Below, piece by piece: positions 1-10,713 of a DNA stretch of 64,000 nt. The position numbers were made by a program, and so were the translations under genes. The stretch is from a virus, in the IMG/VR virus record IMGVR_UViG_3300044769_000080; one strand, written 5' to 3'. The notes under the pieces were generated by a model. That model ran no database searches, was not told the origin of the DNA, and was given only the letters and a program-made list of their open reading frames with translations. How positions within the stretch are numbered: the first letter of the stretch is position 1; every line of letters begins with the position of its first letter.

Positions 1-1987
1 GCTTTCAGGGTTGCGTTCTCGGCTGTGAGGCGAGCGATGTTGTCATCACCTGACTGGCTAAGAGCTGCCTTAAGGTCGTCTGGGGTTGTGCCAGCGAGGA
101 CACGATTGATGCCAACTGGAGCGGAGTCAGGGACGGCTGTAGCCGCTGCCTGTGGTGCGCCCTGTGTGGCTTTCTGAGCCGGAGTGTATTCAGCTTTCGG
201 TCCTGCTTGCAGGCCAAATCCCTTGCGGACTTGCTGGATTTTTGACATGACTGACTTACGTCCGGCGCCTTTGGCTACGTCAGCTTGTGCCCAAAGATTC
301 GTGAGTGACTGTTTGGCTTCGTCAGGCATGGCTGCTTGTGCAGCGGCATGCTGTTCGGCCTGTGCAGGGTTGCGGAACAGCCGAACGAAGTTCTGCCCAG
401 CAGGAGCCTTGGTTGGGATTGCGGTTGCCTGCTCTGCAATGGTTGGAGCAGCTGCTGTTGGGTCTGTCGAACGTTTACCACCAATGACAGGCTCTGATGT
501 TGGGCTACGCCGGTTGACTCGCGCGATAGCGGCTGCATCACCAGCTGGGTTGTTGACATACGGTTCAGCAGGCAGCTCACCCTTAGCGGTTGCTGGAGTC
601 TGGTAACCCTCACGGTCACCGAACCTCGCTTCGGCCACGTCATCGGCGAGCTTCATCGAGCCTGAGCCCTCGATCTGCGCGATGGTGTCTAGTTTTGCGT
701 TGCCTGTTGGTGCGAGTGGGGCTTCAGGCGCGACAGGAGCAATCGGCGCTACTGGCCTTGCAGCTGGCAGCATGCGTGATGCAAGTTCCTGCTCAAATAT
801 CACCTTCACGTCAGGTGTGATGGAAGGATCTTTTAGATAAGCCTGAAGGTCTTCTGGTCCCATCTGCTTTGCGAGTTGATCAAAGCCAACTGTAGCAGCT
901 GGGGTTGCTGTAGGTTGTGCTGGCGTAGCTCCGCCCTTCGCAGCCTTTGGGCCACGCTGACGTGTCTTGACTGGCTCAACTGCTCCAGACGCTGCTTCCT
1001 CACCGGCTTCTTCAGCCGGACGAGCATAGCCAACACGCTTAGACAGTTTCGTGCCATCTGCTGCCGTAGCTGAAATCGATTCGCTAACCGTTGGAGCCTT
1101 AGGAACTAGCCCCTCTGACTGAATCGTGTCAGCAATCTCAGTAGCCTTGTTGATGTTCTGCTGCGCCTTATCAGCAGCATTCATATTGCGAGCTTCTTGA
1201 GTCCACATATTCATGTGGTTCTTCTTAGATGCCTGCGAGTTCTTCGCATGCACCTTACGGCTCACTTCAGCAATCTCCTGCTGCGCCACAATCGCGTCAT
1301 CAATGTTCTTGACAGGATTCTTCGGATCGATAACCCTCAGCCCACGCATCCGGGCTTCACGAGCCGCCGGAATTGGTGCATCTGTGTTATCAACATAAGG
1401 CATTTCAGGCTTCTTGACAAGTCGTGGCCGGGCTTCACCCTGAACTTTCAGCTGAGTATCAAGCGCACCAGCGACATCATCAACAGCATTCTTTGGGGCC
1501 TTCGTGAAACGTCCAATCAAGCCACCTGTTGCTACGCCAATACCTGCTGACAGAGCTGCGCCCTTTAGGTTCGTCTCCTCACCAGCAACTTTCTGGCGGA
1601 CAAGCTCTCCAACACCAGTAATCGCGCCAGATCGAAGAGCCGACGCGCCAGCATGACCGGCCTTGACAAATGCACCACCGGGAATGGCTGTAAGGCCAGC
1701 TGCCACACCGGCACGAGCAAGCGATTCACGATCAAGAAGATCGTCATTGCCCTCAAGTGCCTGAGCTGCTAGCTCGCCTGCGCCACCAATAACTCCGCCA
1801 ACGAGCGAAGCTACGCCGGGAGCGATGACCTGACCGCCAGATGATGCAAGTCCACCAAGCCAGCCAGAGCCGACACGAGTAGCACCAGCACCGACCTTAC
1901 GCCATGTGATTGGGCCTTCCGGCTTAACTTCCTGCTGAGGAGCTGTCGATGTTGGAGGACGGAAAATTAGTCTACGCTGTTCTGGCA
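1..1987 (-). CDS. 3'-truncated large virion/internal (ejection-type) protein, at least 660 aa, Gly/Ala-rich N-terminal region; runs off left edge
   Basis: Manual reverse-complement translation from ATG at 1987 (MPEQRRLIFRPP...) stays open to position 1. Not in the ORF track because there is no in-window stop. The 2 kb has no other long ORF on either strand. Confidence 0.5.
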
Positions 1988-3232
1988 TTATTGTGCGCTT
2001 TTCAGATAGCCGATTACGGTTTGAAGTTGCTGTAGCTCGTCAGGCCGGAGGGGAGTTCCATCCTGAGCGTTGAGATATCCGCCTCTGACAAGTTCGTCAA
2101 GAGACATATTGCTGGCTTCTGGATGACTTGCGATGTCTGTTGCCACATCTACAATATACGGTCTAGCACCAGTTGATGAAACAATAGCCGTCCGTAGAGC
2201 ATCAAGCTGAGTTTGGAGGTTAATCTGCTCAGCATCTGGAGCACTATCCCAGATACGGCCGTGGCGCTTCTGTTCCTTCTCAGCCAGCGAACCTTTGATG
2301 GTTGCATAACGAGTAAGTAGACCAGCCGTAGGAGGCTTTGGTGCTGGAAGGTTGCCCTTAACAACTGGCCCCTGTGAGATGTTGTTAATGAGGGTGCCTT
2401 CTGATGCTTGCTGACCCGGCTTGACCCAGTAAGTGTCGTAGCCTGAGCCATCTGGCTTGGGGACTTGGATAGGTGCTGGAACATTTGCAGCGGCGCCGCC
2501 GAAATAGCCGCTAGGCTGCCAGTTGAGTTCTGAACCCTGACCACCGCGAGGAAGATTGATTGTAGGAAGCGCCTTCCCAGTCGGTGTGTATGGTGTGATT
2601 GATGGAGGAGCACCAACAAGATTCGCTGGTAGGCCCTCTGCAACGCCGCCACGAACCATTGCGATTCCGCGTGCTGTGTCAGCGTCTTTTGCAAGTGCAG
2701 GATTTGCCCGCATCATTTCGTCGATACGCGCAGTCTGCATGTCAATTTTCTGCTGTGTCTCACCACCGATGTAGCGGCGAGATGGCGCAGTCACGCTGGA
2801 TTTGAATGCCGCTCCAGCTGGCTGCTCAGGAGCTTCAGGTGTGGTGCCTGTCAGTGCATCCGTAGTAGGTGCTGGGTCGGCCGAGTGATCGATAACCTGT
2901 CCACCTGTGCCTGGAGTTGTACGGACATTGCCTGTGTCCTCAAGCATTTTCACGACATCTGCATTGCCAATGTCTTCGATATTCGCGCCAGCTTGCGGAG
3001 CCATTTTCGCAAGGTCGCTTGTAATGTTGTGCTTCTGTAGCTCGCCTGCACGAGCATCAGTATGCTGGTTGAGTTTCAGGTTTTCGTCCTGAATCCCCCA
3101 ACCATGCTCCGTATCCTTGCGCTGTAGCGCATCAAGCATAGCTTGACGCTGCTCAAGGTTACGCTGTTTGAGGAAGTCATGAACTGCTCCCGCAGCTGAT
3201 GCGCCGGGAGATTGAAAGTCGTAACGAGGCAT
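1988..3232 (-). CDS. hypothetical virion protein (414 aa), Pro/Gly-rich middle
   Basis: ORF track; same strand and tightly packed with neighbours in the structural operon. Confidence 0.5.
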   Translation of the reverse strand: MPRYDFQSPGASAAGAVHDFLKQRNLEQRQAMLDALQRKDTEHGWGIQDENLKLNQHTDARAGELQKHNITSDLAKMAPQAGANIEDIGNADVVKMLEDTGNVRTTPGTGGQVIDHSADPAPTTDALTGTTPEAPEQPAGAAFKSSVTAPSRRYIGGETQQKIDMQTARIDEMMRANPALAKDADTARGIAMVRGGVAEGLPANLVGAPPSITPYTPTGKALPTINLPRGGQGSELNWQPSGYFGGAAANVPAPIQVPKPDGSGYDTYWVKPGQQASEGTLINNISQGPVVKGNLPAPKPPTAGLLTRYATIKGSLAEKEQKRHGRIWDSAPDAEQINLQTQLDALRTAIVSSTGARPYIVDVATDIASHPEASNMSLDELVRGGYLNAQDGTPLRPDELQQLQTVIGYLKSAQ

Positions 3233-4323
3233 TACTTTTTCTCACCTGAGTAGGGATTACGATACTGGCCAGCGAATGAAAGTGCCGGACCCAGCCAGCT
3301 ACCAATCTTTTCACCTGCGCCAGCATGCATGAGGTTCGGATCGTTCTGGTAATAATTAGGCTGCTCAAGCTTTGGCAGCTGACTACCTTGTGTCAGCCGT
3401 GGCTGCACCTGAGTGTTCATGCTCATCGCGTTCTGAATCAAGCTATCTGACGGCTTAGCCATGCCGGTGCCGAAGTTTGGCAACGCAGATGGTCCCTGAC
3501 CGGGAACGAGGTTGAGCGATGCGGGCTGATAGCCTTTAGCGTTAGCCACGCGGTCAGCCTGAACGGATTTCGTGAATGCGTCTGTCAGCGACTCTCTGTC
3601 ATCCTGGGAGCGTTGAATCAGCTGGTTCTCAAACGATTCCTGCTGACGCTGCCGCATGAGCGCTGCTTGCTGTTCGGCATCAAGTGCAACGCCTCTATTG
3701 TTGGCAGCGGCCTGTGAGCCGCCTGCGAGTGCTGAGCCAGCCGAGCCAATTGCTCGCTGTGCGAAGTCTCCACCAAGCTGCTTACCGAGGCCACCGAGAT
3801 ATCCACCTATACCCATGCCTGCTCCTGCTCCCGAACCAATGCCGGGAACTGCTCCCATCGCTAGCGACGCTGGAATCGATGATGCACCAATCAGGCCCGG
3901 TGCTGAGCCTAGAGCAGCAGCTGTTCCGCCAGCTACACCTCCAGACATTCCAGAACCAGCCATGCTCGCAATGCCAGCAGCATTTGCTGCTTGGCCTCCA
4001 CCAGCACCCATAATGCCTGCTAATGGGCCAACCCCTGCTGCACCGAGGCCCAGTGTTCCAAGGCCAATCGCTGCGGGGATAATCCATTTCTTGTGCTTAG
4101 AGAACCCTTCGTCTTCGTTGGCGTTGCCAGCTGGGTCAATTTCAGCGCCTTTCGGTGTCTGAACGCCATGCTGCTGCATCCATTGAAGCAGCTGCTTACG
4201 CTGACGACTATCAAGCGTGATTGGGCCACCAACAGGTTCACCTACTGCTCGTAGGCCCTGCTCGTAAAGAGGTGACTGCCTCCACTGCTCGTTGAATGAA
4301 TTGATTCCGTTACTTGATGCCAT
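3232..4323 (-). CDS. Gly-rich virion/internal protein (363 aa) with long GxGxAG low-complexity core
   Basis: ORF track. ATGA overlap with the downstream gene. About 120 aa tract of G/A/S/M repeats (GLGTLGLGAAGVGPLAGIMGAGGG...). Confidence 0.5.
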   Translation of the reverse strand: MASSNGINSFNEQWRQSPLYEQGLRAVGEPVGGPITLDSRQRKQLLQWMQQHGVQTPKGAEIDPAGNANEDEGFSKHKKWIIPAAIGLGTLGLGAAGVGPLAGIMGAGGGQAANAAGIASMAGSGMSGGVAGGTAAALGSAPGLIGASSIPASLAMGAVPGIGSGAGAGMGIGGYLGGLGKQLGGDFAQRAIGSAGSALAGGSQAAANNRGVALDAEQQAALMRQRQQESFENQLIQRSQDDRESLTDAFTKSVQADRVANAKGYQPASLNLVPGQGPSALPNFGTGMAKPSDSLIQNAMSMNTQVQPRLTQGSQLPKLEQPNYYQNDPNLMHAGAGEKIGSWLGPALSFAGQYRNPYSGEKK

Positions 4324-5228
4324 TATGCTCTCGTTCTGAGAGGATCGTTCCAGTAATTATACTGGTTCTCTGCTCGTAGGCCAATGTCAGCCATGAACTG
4401 ATTGTTATTAAGAAGAGCACGCTGCCAGTCTTGGTCGAGTGACTTGCCCTGTAGCGCAATTCCCTGCTCCTTGATAGCTTGGTCAAGGATTGACAGCTCA
4501 CGTTGCAAGCCAGCTTGCTGGTCTGCATTAAGCATTCCAGTCATTGCATTGAGGGCTTGAGCGATTTCATCTCGCTTCGTCTGAAGCTCTCTACCAATCA
4601 ACTGAGCTTCGAAACCACCAGTGCGTTGACCCATGCGCTCAGCGGCCATTCGTGACTCGCCTCGGATATTTGCAAGCGGACCAGCGGATTCTGCAAGGTC
4701 GCCAATGTAATTTCGGCGGGCTCGCTCTTCGTTGGCGCTGTAAGCGTCAGCTTGCTGCCTGATGATTGGATCATTGCCGTTGATGTTGAGAGATGCCTGC
4801 GACCGTCCCAGCCATGTGTTGTAAAGGGAGTCAGCTTTCTGCTTACGCTCAGCTTCAGCAGAATTCGCCCTGTTCCGCATGTCATCAAAGTAACCCTTAT
4901 ACCAGTCTGGAGGATTAAAACCAGACTGTGGGGCCTGAGCAGGCTGTGTCGTCTGCTGCTTGGCATCAATATCGCTCTGATACGCGGAGCCTATACGACT
5001 GTAATCACCGGGATTGCGTCGGATGAAATCTTCTGCCCAACCAGTCGGCACACCTTGAGGAACCTGACTTGCATCGAACGGATTATCCTGTTGAGGAGTC
5101 TGTGCGGGAGCTGCCGTTGGCTGCTCAGGCTGTTGCTGTGTATACTGGTTGGTCTGTGGGCTGTAGTTATACTGTTCGTCCGGGTTCCACAGCTGCCCGT
5201 TGTTGTTGAGGTATGGTGATTCTGCCAT
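4323..5228 (-). CDS. Gln/Asn-rich virion protein (301 aa)
   Basis: ORF track. N-terminal Q/P-rich region, coiled-coil-like C-terminal half. Confidence 0.5.
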   Translation of the reverse strand: MAESPYLNNNGQLWNPDEQYNYSPQTNQYTQQQPEQPTAAPAQTPQQDNPFDASQVPQGVPTGWAEDFIRRNPGDYSRIGSAYQSDIDAKQQTTQPAQAPQSGFNPPDWYKGYFDDMRNRANSAEAERKQKADSLYNTWLGRSQASLNINGNDPIIRQQADAYSANEERARRNYIGDLAESAGPLANIRGESRMAAERMGQRTGGFEAQLIGRELQTKRDEIAQALNAMTGMLNADQQAGLQRELSILDQAIKEQGIALQGKSLDQDWQRALLNNNQFMADIGLRAENQYNYWNDPLRTRA

Positions 5229-5692
5229 TACTGTCCCTTAATGACTTTGTTGGTCATTGCGTTCTGATAAGCCTGCGATGAGCGGCGTGATGGGTCAAGG
5301 TTACTGACTGCATAAGCCGATTGGAGAGCACCAAGATTTGCTGCAATAGCGTCAGCAGCACGAGGGCTGAACCGTTTAATGAGTGATGTAACGCCTTTGG
5401 ATGCAGCAAGTCCTCCAAGCGCACCAAGAGCGGTCATTTCTGGATTGTTGTTTGCAAAACCCATCATTGCATTACCTTCTCGGCCTGTTCCGCGCTTGAG
5501 GAAATAATATGTTGACGCAGCATCAGCTAATCCACCAATTGTTGCAAGTCGGTGAGGGTCTATTGGGCTTATGCTGGGACCGCTTTGCAAACCAAGATCA
5601 AACTTGGGACGTGCAGCGTTGAATTGTTCAGGATCCCTCGCCAGCTCACGTTTCATGAGTTCATCGCCGAGGGCGCCGATTGATTGTGGCAT
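5228..5692 (-). CDS. hypothetical virion protein (about 154 aa; start chosen at MPQSIG, not the longer 5821 start)
   Basis: The ATG at 5692 lies 2 nt after the TAA of the upstream gene (TAATATG). The longer ORF-track version overlaps the tail-collar gene by 128 nt. Confidence 0.4.
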   Translation of the reverse strand: MPQSIGALGDELMKRELARDPEQFNAARPKFDLGLQSGPSISPIDPHRLATIGGLADAASTYYFLKRGTGREGNAMMGFANNNPEMTALGALGGLAASKGVTSLIKRFSPRAADAIAANLGALQSAYAVSNLDPSRRSSQAYQNAMTNKVIKGQ

Positions 5693-5693
5693 A

Positions 5694-6440
5694 TTAGAGC
5701 GTTGAAACCCCGCTGTAGACAATGTGATGGCAGACGATGTATGGAGGATTGGCTTCATCTGAATCGCCTGATGAAGTGCTGTCTGTGCTGCCAGAAACAG
5801 ACACAGTATGAGTGTGATCACCTACGGAAACTGAGTGAGCATGGTCTGACACACTATCTGTAGTGTGGTGGTGGTTATCGAGTGAAAAGAACGTTCCACC
5901 GGCAGTAGTCGCAATTCCTGCATTACTGTCTGGATCACCTGTTGTGTGTGAGTGACCACCAGCACTGCTGGTGTTGGCTGAGAAACCGCCGTTGCCTGAT
6001 GTGGTTCCAGACGCCGAGACGCTGTGGTTGTGTCCTGGCAGAGCGTGAGTATGATCAATCTCACCACCAGTTTCACCGAGCACTGATCCGGTGCCTGATG
6101 TTGATTTGTTGAGGGTAAATCTACCGCGTGCGTCAGGAGCGTTGAAGGTAGTAGAACCGTCTCCTACTCCGTAAGTCGTGCCCCAGATTTCGAACAAGCC
6201 CTTATACGTGACTCTGCTTAGCTGCTGTCCGATAAGGAAAATCCATTTATCGGGTGCAGTGTCACTCCACCACTCCATGCCACCACCAACTGGCACAACA
6301 CCAGCTGGTGCTGGAGTGATAAGTTCACCATCCTCGGTGAATGACACGCTCAGAAACTCATTGAGCCTCGCGTAAAGGCGCTCGAATTCCAGTTGCGTAA
6401 CCGGATCGAGCTGCCCTCGTGTTGTAAGTCCGCCAAACAT
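5694..6440 (-). CDS. tail fibre protein with phage tail-collar domain and His-rich C-terminal repeats (248 aa)
   Basis: Motif LFEIWGTTYGVGDGSTTFNAPDARGRF matches the tail-collar (MdpB-like) signature. C-terminus has repeated HSHT / DHAHSVSVGDHTHTVSV His-rich units. Confidence 0.6.
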   Translation of the reverse strand: MFGGLTTRGQLDPVTQLEFERLYARLNEFLSVSFTEDGELITPAPAGVVPVGGGMEWWSDTAPDKWIFLIGQQLSRVTYKGLFEIWGTTYGVGDGSTTFNAPDARGRFTLNKSTSGTGSVLGETGGEIDHTHALPGHNHSVSASGTTSGNGGFSANTSSAGGHSHTTGDPDSNAGIATTAGGTFFSLDNHHHTTDSVSDHAHSVSVGDHTHTVSVSGSTDSTSSGDSDEANPPYIVCHHIVYSGVSTL

Positions 6441-8404
6441 TAGCCCGATTGTCCTGACGTGATGATGAAAGAGAATTCATTGACTTCCCAACGCTCAGTT
6501 GGAATGTCTGGATCGAAGTAACTAATCTGTACAACCCCTAGCTCAGCAAACGTCAGATCCTTGAGGATGTTGATGATTTGTGTTTCATCTCCCGCTGGTG
6601 AACAGCTGATGTCTTCGCTGGTTGGATTTGTTTCTGCCCCGAAATCTCGAATCAAGCTCGCTCCAAGTGACGCTCCATCTACGGCTTTGGTGATGAGCGC
6701 ACAGCCTGCAACTTCGAACTGGTTGATGACGCCGACTGGAGTGTAAGGCTTGGTCACGATTCTGGCGGTAAAATTACTGCCATTATCATCGCTGCCGGTG
6801 TTGAGGCGCCAGATGAGGCCATTACCTTCGACGCCAATAAACGGCACAAGGTTGCGGGACCGTGATGTTGCGTCGTCGATGTTATCAGCAAACATACAGA
6901 CTGTCAGGGCTCCAGTAACCTCTCCGGTCCAAAGCACCCAACCTCTACGGTCACCGTCTTCGGTGTCGCGCATACGATTAGTGTGGAGAACCATCACGAG
7001 ATTTGGAACATCTGAGCCGTCAGTAGCAATCCACCAAATGACTTGCTGCTTCTTAGGAAAGTACACACCCCTCGCGACCACGTTAGTGGCGTCAAGGTTG
7101 ATTGATTCCCATGTTGTGCGAACATCTGCACCACAACTACGGACTTCGCCGTTACCTAGGGTGCATGGCCCGACGCTTGGGTCGAGGAAGAAAATCGTTG
7201 GTGCCCCACGTTCATCGAGCCCGCTCACGACAGAGCCGTAAAGAGCCCCACGCTGCTTGGTTAGGTTGTATGCTTGATAGGCGTTGGTGCGCCTGCCGGA
7301 TCTGATCAGCTGATAAATATGGCTGGACTTGAAAATATAGATATAACCCTGCACACCGCTGATCATATCTGTGATTGGTCCACCTTCGAGGCCGTCTAGG
7401 TCGAGAAACGGGTCTGTATCCTCTTCCATGCGCTCATCGTTGCCTGCACCTTCGGCCTTATTGACCGGAGTCCAGCCAACTCTGCTTGAGAGGGCTTCTG
7501 ACTCGAAACTCCCAGCCCACACAATACGGTCGTCATCGACGGCAACGAAGCGGGCGCTTGGGATAAGGCTATAATCACCGATATCTGGGGCAAGATCAAA
7601 GCCAGATGAGGGAGCAGCATAGCCGGGACTGAAGGCTGTGCTGTCATCGTATGTCGTTGTGCCAACCACAACAGTTGCGATAACGTAGAAATTCGCGTTA
7701 TCAACAGATGCCTCGATTTCCCAGTGAGTCTCTGACTCTCCAATCGTGGCTGGCTTAGTGATACGCGCAGCAGAGCCTGTGCCGGAAGGCACAAACGTTA
7801 CCGTATCAGATGGTTCGCCTCTGCGAAGTGTTGTTCCTGCTGACTGAACTGTGTAACGAACCCTGTAATAGCGGGTGCCGGTGAAAGAACCAGCGCCAGT
7901 GTCAGCTACTGATGGAACACCAGCTTCAGCGAGGCCGGTGCGGCGTAGCGTCGTGCCATCATAAACGTGCAACCTGTCTTGACTGCTTTTGTAGCAGAGG
8001 AATTTCTTCCCATGCAAGCTTGCGCCTCTCAGCTGATACTGATACGTCCCTGTGATGGTGATTGCATCAACCGGGGTAATCGTTGACCAGCTGGTTGTCT
8101 TATGGCACAAGGCAGATGATGACGTTCCAGTCACCCCAAGTGCCCACAGTTCAGCATCTCCCTCATTCGTGGTTGAGACGTGGCGATAGAGATAACTGAC
8201 CCGATCTTTTCCAACTAGATCACTCCCTGTAATGTTGATGCCGTCCGTGCCGAGGCGACGTTCGCCACACATAGAAACGACAAACTCGACATTCTCAGCA
8301 ACAGTCACCTGATCGTCAGGAATTGTGCTTGGTGGGTCTGAGTTGTTCAATCCTCCTCGCAGGTTAGCGATTCGGAGGATTGATGTTCCTGATGCCTTTG
8401 CCAT
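6440..8404 (-). CDS. large tail structural protein (654 aa)
   Basis: ORF track. TAATG-type overlap with neighbours. Lies among tail fibre genes. Confidence 0.5.
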   Translation of the reverse strand: MAKASGTSILRIANLRGGLNNSDPPSTIPDDQVTVAENVEFVVSMCGERRLGTDGINITGSDLVGKDRVSYLYRHVSTTNEGDAELWALGVTGTSSSALCHKTTSWSTITPVDAITITGTYQYQLRGASLHGKKFLCYKSSQDRLHVYDGTTLRRTGLAEAGVPSVADTGAGSFTGTRYYRVRYTVQSAGTTLRRGEPSDTVTFVPSGTGSAARITKPATIGESETHWEIEASVDNANFYVIATVVVGTTTYDDSTAFSPGYAAPSSGFDLAPDIGDYSLIPSARFVAVDDDRIVWAGSFESEALSSRVGWTPVNKAEGAGNDERMEEDTDPFLDLDGLEGGPITDMISGVQGYIYIFKSSHIYQLIRSGRRTNAYQAYNLTKQRGALYGSVVSGLDERGAPTIFFLDPSVGPCTLGNGEVRSCGADVRTTWESINLDATNVVARGVYFPKKQQVIWWIATDGSDVPNLVMVLHTNRMRDTEDGDRRGWVLWTGEVTGALTVCMFADNIDDATSRSRNLVPFIGVEGNGLIWRLNTGSDDNGSNFTARIVTKPYTPVGVINQFEVAGCALITKAVDGASLGASLIRDFGAETNPTSEDISCSPAGDETQIINILKDLTFAELGVVQISYFDPDIPTERWEVNEFSFIITSGQSG

Positions 8405-10239
8405 TAGTTATACATTTCCACAACAGATGCTTCGTATACGATGTCGTTGGAGTTGATTCCTTCACCAGTTAGAACAATTGGGATTGCGCTGGAATCAGTT
8501 TTAGCTGCTGTGGTTACTTCTGCTGCTGTTTGTGTAGACGATGTGCCGTTTGATGCGCCCATCAAGTGCGCTTTCGCAATGACACGTTGGGAGTTGGAAC
8601 CAATTCTGATAATTCTCAGCTCAACTTCGAAGCGTGTGTAGGCAGCTGCATTCTGTGAAACCACAATAATGATGGTGCCAGCAATGCTATCGAAACGAAC
8701 ACGAATGATTTTATTGTCTGTGTCAGCGGCTAGTGTTCCCCATGCTCTAAATACAACCATACGGCCGTTTGCGTTTAGCGTATTCGCTGGGATCGAATAG
8801 CTGTAAAGAGTAGCTTCAGTGCCTGCGGCAGTCGCTTGGGTGTCGTCCGTCTCGATAATGCCACCAAGTTTGAACTGTTCGGTTCCACCGCCTGCTGAGA
8901 CTTGGACATCTTCGGCCAGCCACTCACCAGTGGTTGGGAGGTCGGCTACGACGAGGGAACGGAACGTCGGAGTTGCTGCACCACCGCTTGTTGGCCCTGC
9001 ATACACTCTGTTAGCAGCCTGGGCTGTAGCATTTGCGGCAGTGTCAAGGACAGCCCCGTTTGACATGCTCAGGCCAGCACCTAGGGAGCACTCTTCCCAG
9101 TCACCACCAGCACCACTTCTGATGCCAACGATTTTTGAGCCTGTTGTAGACTGGACGAGGTTGGCGTAAGGAAGTCGGCCAGTGATATGGGATGCAACGT
9201 TGACGGCGTTGAGGGTGATGACCTGTGCCGCAAGCGACAAATAGTTATGCGTGCCAGCAAGTGTAATGTCGCCGGTGTTGGTGCCGCTTAGCGTGCCCGT
9301 AGCGCCATCAGAGATGGTGATACCGCTGTTCTGAATCGTATCACCGCCCGAGCCATTGAACCTGACAATAGCATTATCGGTTGATGATGCTGGACCTTGA
9401 ATTCCACCAACAGCTGTGATGATGTCTGCAACCGTGAGGCCTTGTAGGAAATTCGCATCGAGGTTGTCAACCATTGCAGAGCCTGAGCTGACTGCAAATG
9501 GAGCATCAGGGTCACGGTCGAAGGTAATGAGGCCGCTTTGCGTCCAAGATGTGCCACCACTAATGGCGCTTCCGCCTCCACCACTTGTGCCACCTACACC
9601 GAATCTGGATGAACCAGCTTCGTTCTGTCGAATCTGTGCGCCAATTGACTTGGCACGCCACATTCGAAGGTCAGAGATGCGCTTTTCATACTTACCAGCT
9701 GCACGGTCACTGAGCTGAATCTGCTGTTTCTTGAGATATTCCTCAACCAACACGCCATCGACAAGAGCGTCATGGAATGATTCTGGGAACGCTGGCTCGT
9801 CACTGCCCGTGAGAGTTGAGACGACGATGTAGCCGTCGGCTTTTAGGTTGAAAACGGTCTGTGGGAGTGCATCAATCCTTATGGTAACCGTGGTCGAAGT
9901 CCAAGACTCGACAGCCCATTTGCGAATAGTATCGCTAGCAGCCGGGTTGATGTCACGTAGCTGATCATATGTGACTTCTGGCAACATACGAATGCTGCCG
10001 GACGTATCATCATAGACGCGCTCAAGCTTTTCGACGCCAGTAAACGTAATCGTAGGGATACCAAGAGACGTTGATGCCGCGAGTGCTGCGACTCGCCGAG
10101 ACAGATCAATACCGATAGATGTTGTTATCTCTCGGTAAACATCATTCACCAGTCGCCCAATTCGGGCTCTCGAATCCAGTGCAGTTGCAGGAATGTTGAG
10201 GCGTTCTGCAATGCGGTCTACGATTTCATTAAACGTCAC
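8404..10239 (-). CDS. tail fibre/spike protein (611 aa), GTG start; globular N-terminus plus G/S/T-rich beta-rich C-terminal part
   Basis: ORF track (start codon GTG at 10239). C-terminal G/T/S/A-rich repeats typical of fibre shafts. Confidence 0.5.
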   Translation of the reverse strand: MTFNEIVDRIAERLNIPATALDSRARIGRLVNDVYREITTSIGIDLSRRVAALAASTSLGIPTITFTGVEKLERVYDDTSGSIRMLPEVTYDQLRDINPAASDTIRKWAVESWTSTTVTIRIDALPQTVFNLKADGYIVVSTLTGSDEPAFPESFHDALVDGVLVEEYLKKQQIQLSDRAAGKYEKRISDLRMWRAKSIGAQIRQNEAGSSRFGVGGTSGGGGSAISGGTSWTQSGLITFDRDPDAPFAVSSGSAMVDNLDANFLQGLTVADIITAVGGIQGPASSTDNAIVRFNGSGGDTIQNSGITISDGATGTLSGTNTGDITLAGTHNYLSLAAQVITLNAVNVASHITGRLPYANLVQSTTGSKIVGIRSGAGGDWEECSLGAGLSMSNGAVLDTAANATAQAANRVYAGPTSGGAATPTFRSLVVADLPTTGEWLAEDVQVSAGGGTEQFKLGGIIETDDTQATAAGTEATLYSYSIPANTLNANGRMVVFRAWGTLAADTDNKIIRVRFDSIAGTIIIVVSQNAAAYTRFEVELRIIRIGSNSQRVIAKAHLMGASNGTSSTQTAAEVTTAAKTDSSAIPIVLTGEGINSNDIVYEASVVEMYN

Positions 10240-10402
10240 TGTTTTCTACCTGATTCACCGCTGCGTCCTTGTCTTCTTTGCGATGACGATTTGCCTTGCG
10301 GAGCGCGATTGCGATGGCTTGCTTTTCTTTGTAGCCAGACTTACGAAGCTCACGGATGTTCTCGCTAATAACCTCGTCGCTGTGTCCATGTAGTAAAGGC
10401 AT
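10229..10402 (-). CDS. small basic protein (57 aa), not in ORF track
   Basis: ATG at 10402 overlaps the TAA of the upstream gene (TAATG). Translation MPLLHGHSDEVISENIRELRKSGYKEKQAIAIALRKANRHRKEDKDAAVNQVENSDV fills an otherwise empty 160 nt gap. Confidence 0.3.
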   Translation of the reverse strand: MPLLHGHSDEVISENIRELRKSGYKEKQAIAIALRKANRHRKEDKDAAVNQVENSDV

Positions 10403-10713
10403 TATTCTATGGCTTCTGCGTGGACAATCATTTCAGATGTCGCACCGTTCCAAGTGTTGAGGACAAAGTGGCCGCGAACTTCATAGCGACCTTCCTCAGT
10501 CCAACCATCACTTTCTGTCGTGTATTGAATCTTACCATCTTGACCGTCAGTGGAGAAGGTTGCGTCCTTTGTCAGAACTAAACCACCGGGCTTCTTGATA
10601 AGGATTTGTAGGCTTGCTGCTGCGCTGATGTTTTTGACCTCGTTGTCCTCGTAAACTGTGAGGACAATAACGGTTCCAACATCACCGACATGCACTTGAT
10701 GAATGTGGCTCAT
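10402..10713 (-). CDS. hypothetical virion protein (103 aa)
   Basis: ORF track. ATGA/TAATG coupling on both sides. Confidence 0.45.
   Translation of the reverse strand: MSHIHQVHVGDVGTVIVLTVYEDNEVKNISAAASLQILIKKPGGLVLTKDATFSTDGQDGKIQYTTESDGWTEEGRYEVRGHFVLNTWNGATSEMIVHAEAIE

Noticed and set aside
184-1550. Several plus- and minus-strand 60-140 aa ORFs in the first 2 kb (for example 184-606 +, 275-643 -, 1197-1550 +)
   Set aside because: They are out-of-frame or antisense fragments of the single long minus-strand gene 1-1987, which is open across the whole region.
2149-4162. Nested ORFs 2149-2694 (-), 3656-4162 (+), 3782-4087 (-) inside structural genes
   Set aside because: They lie in alternative frames of longer, better-supported genes (1988-3232, 3232-4323). 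Low-complexity translations.
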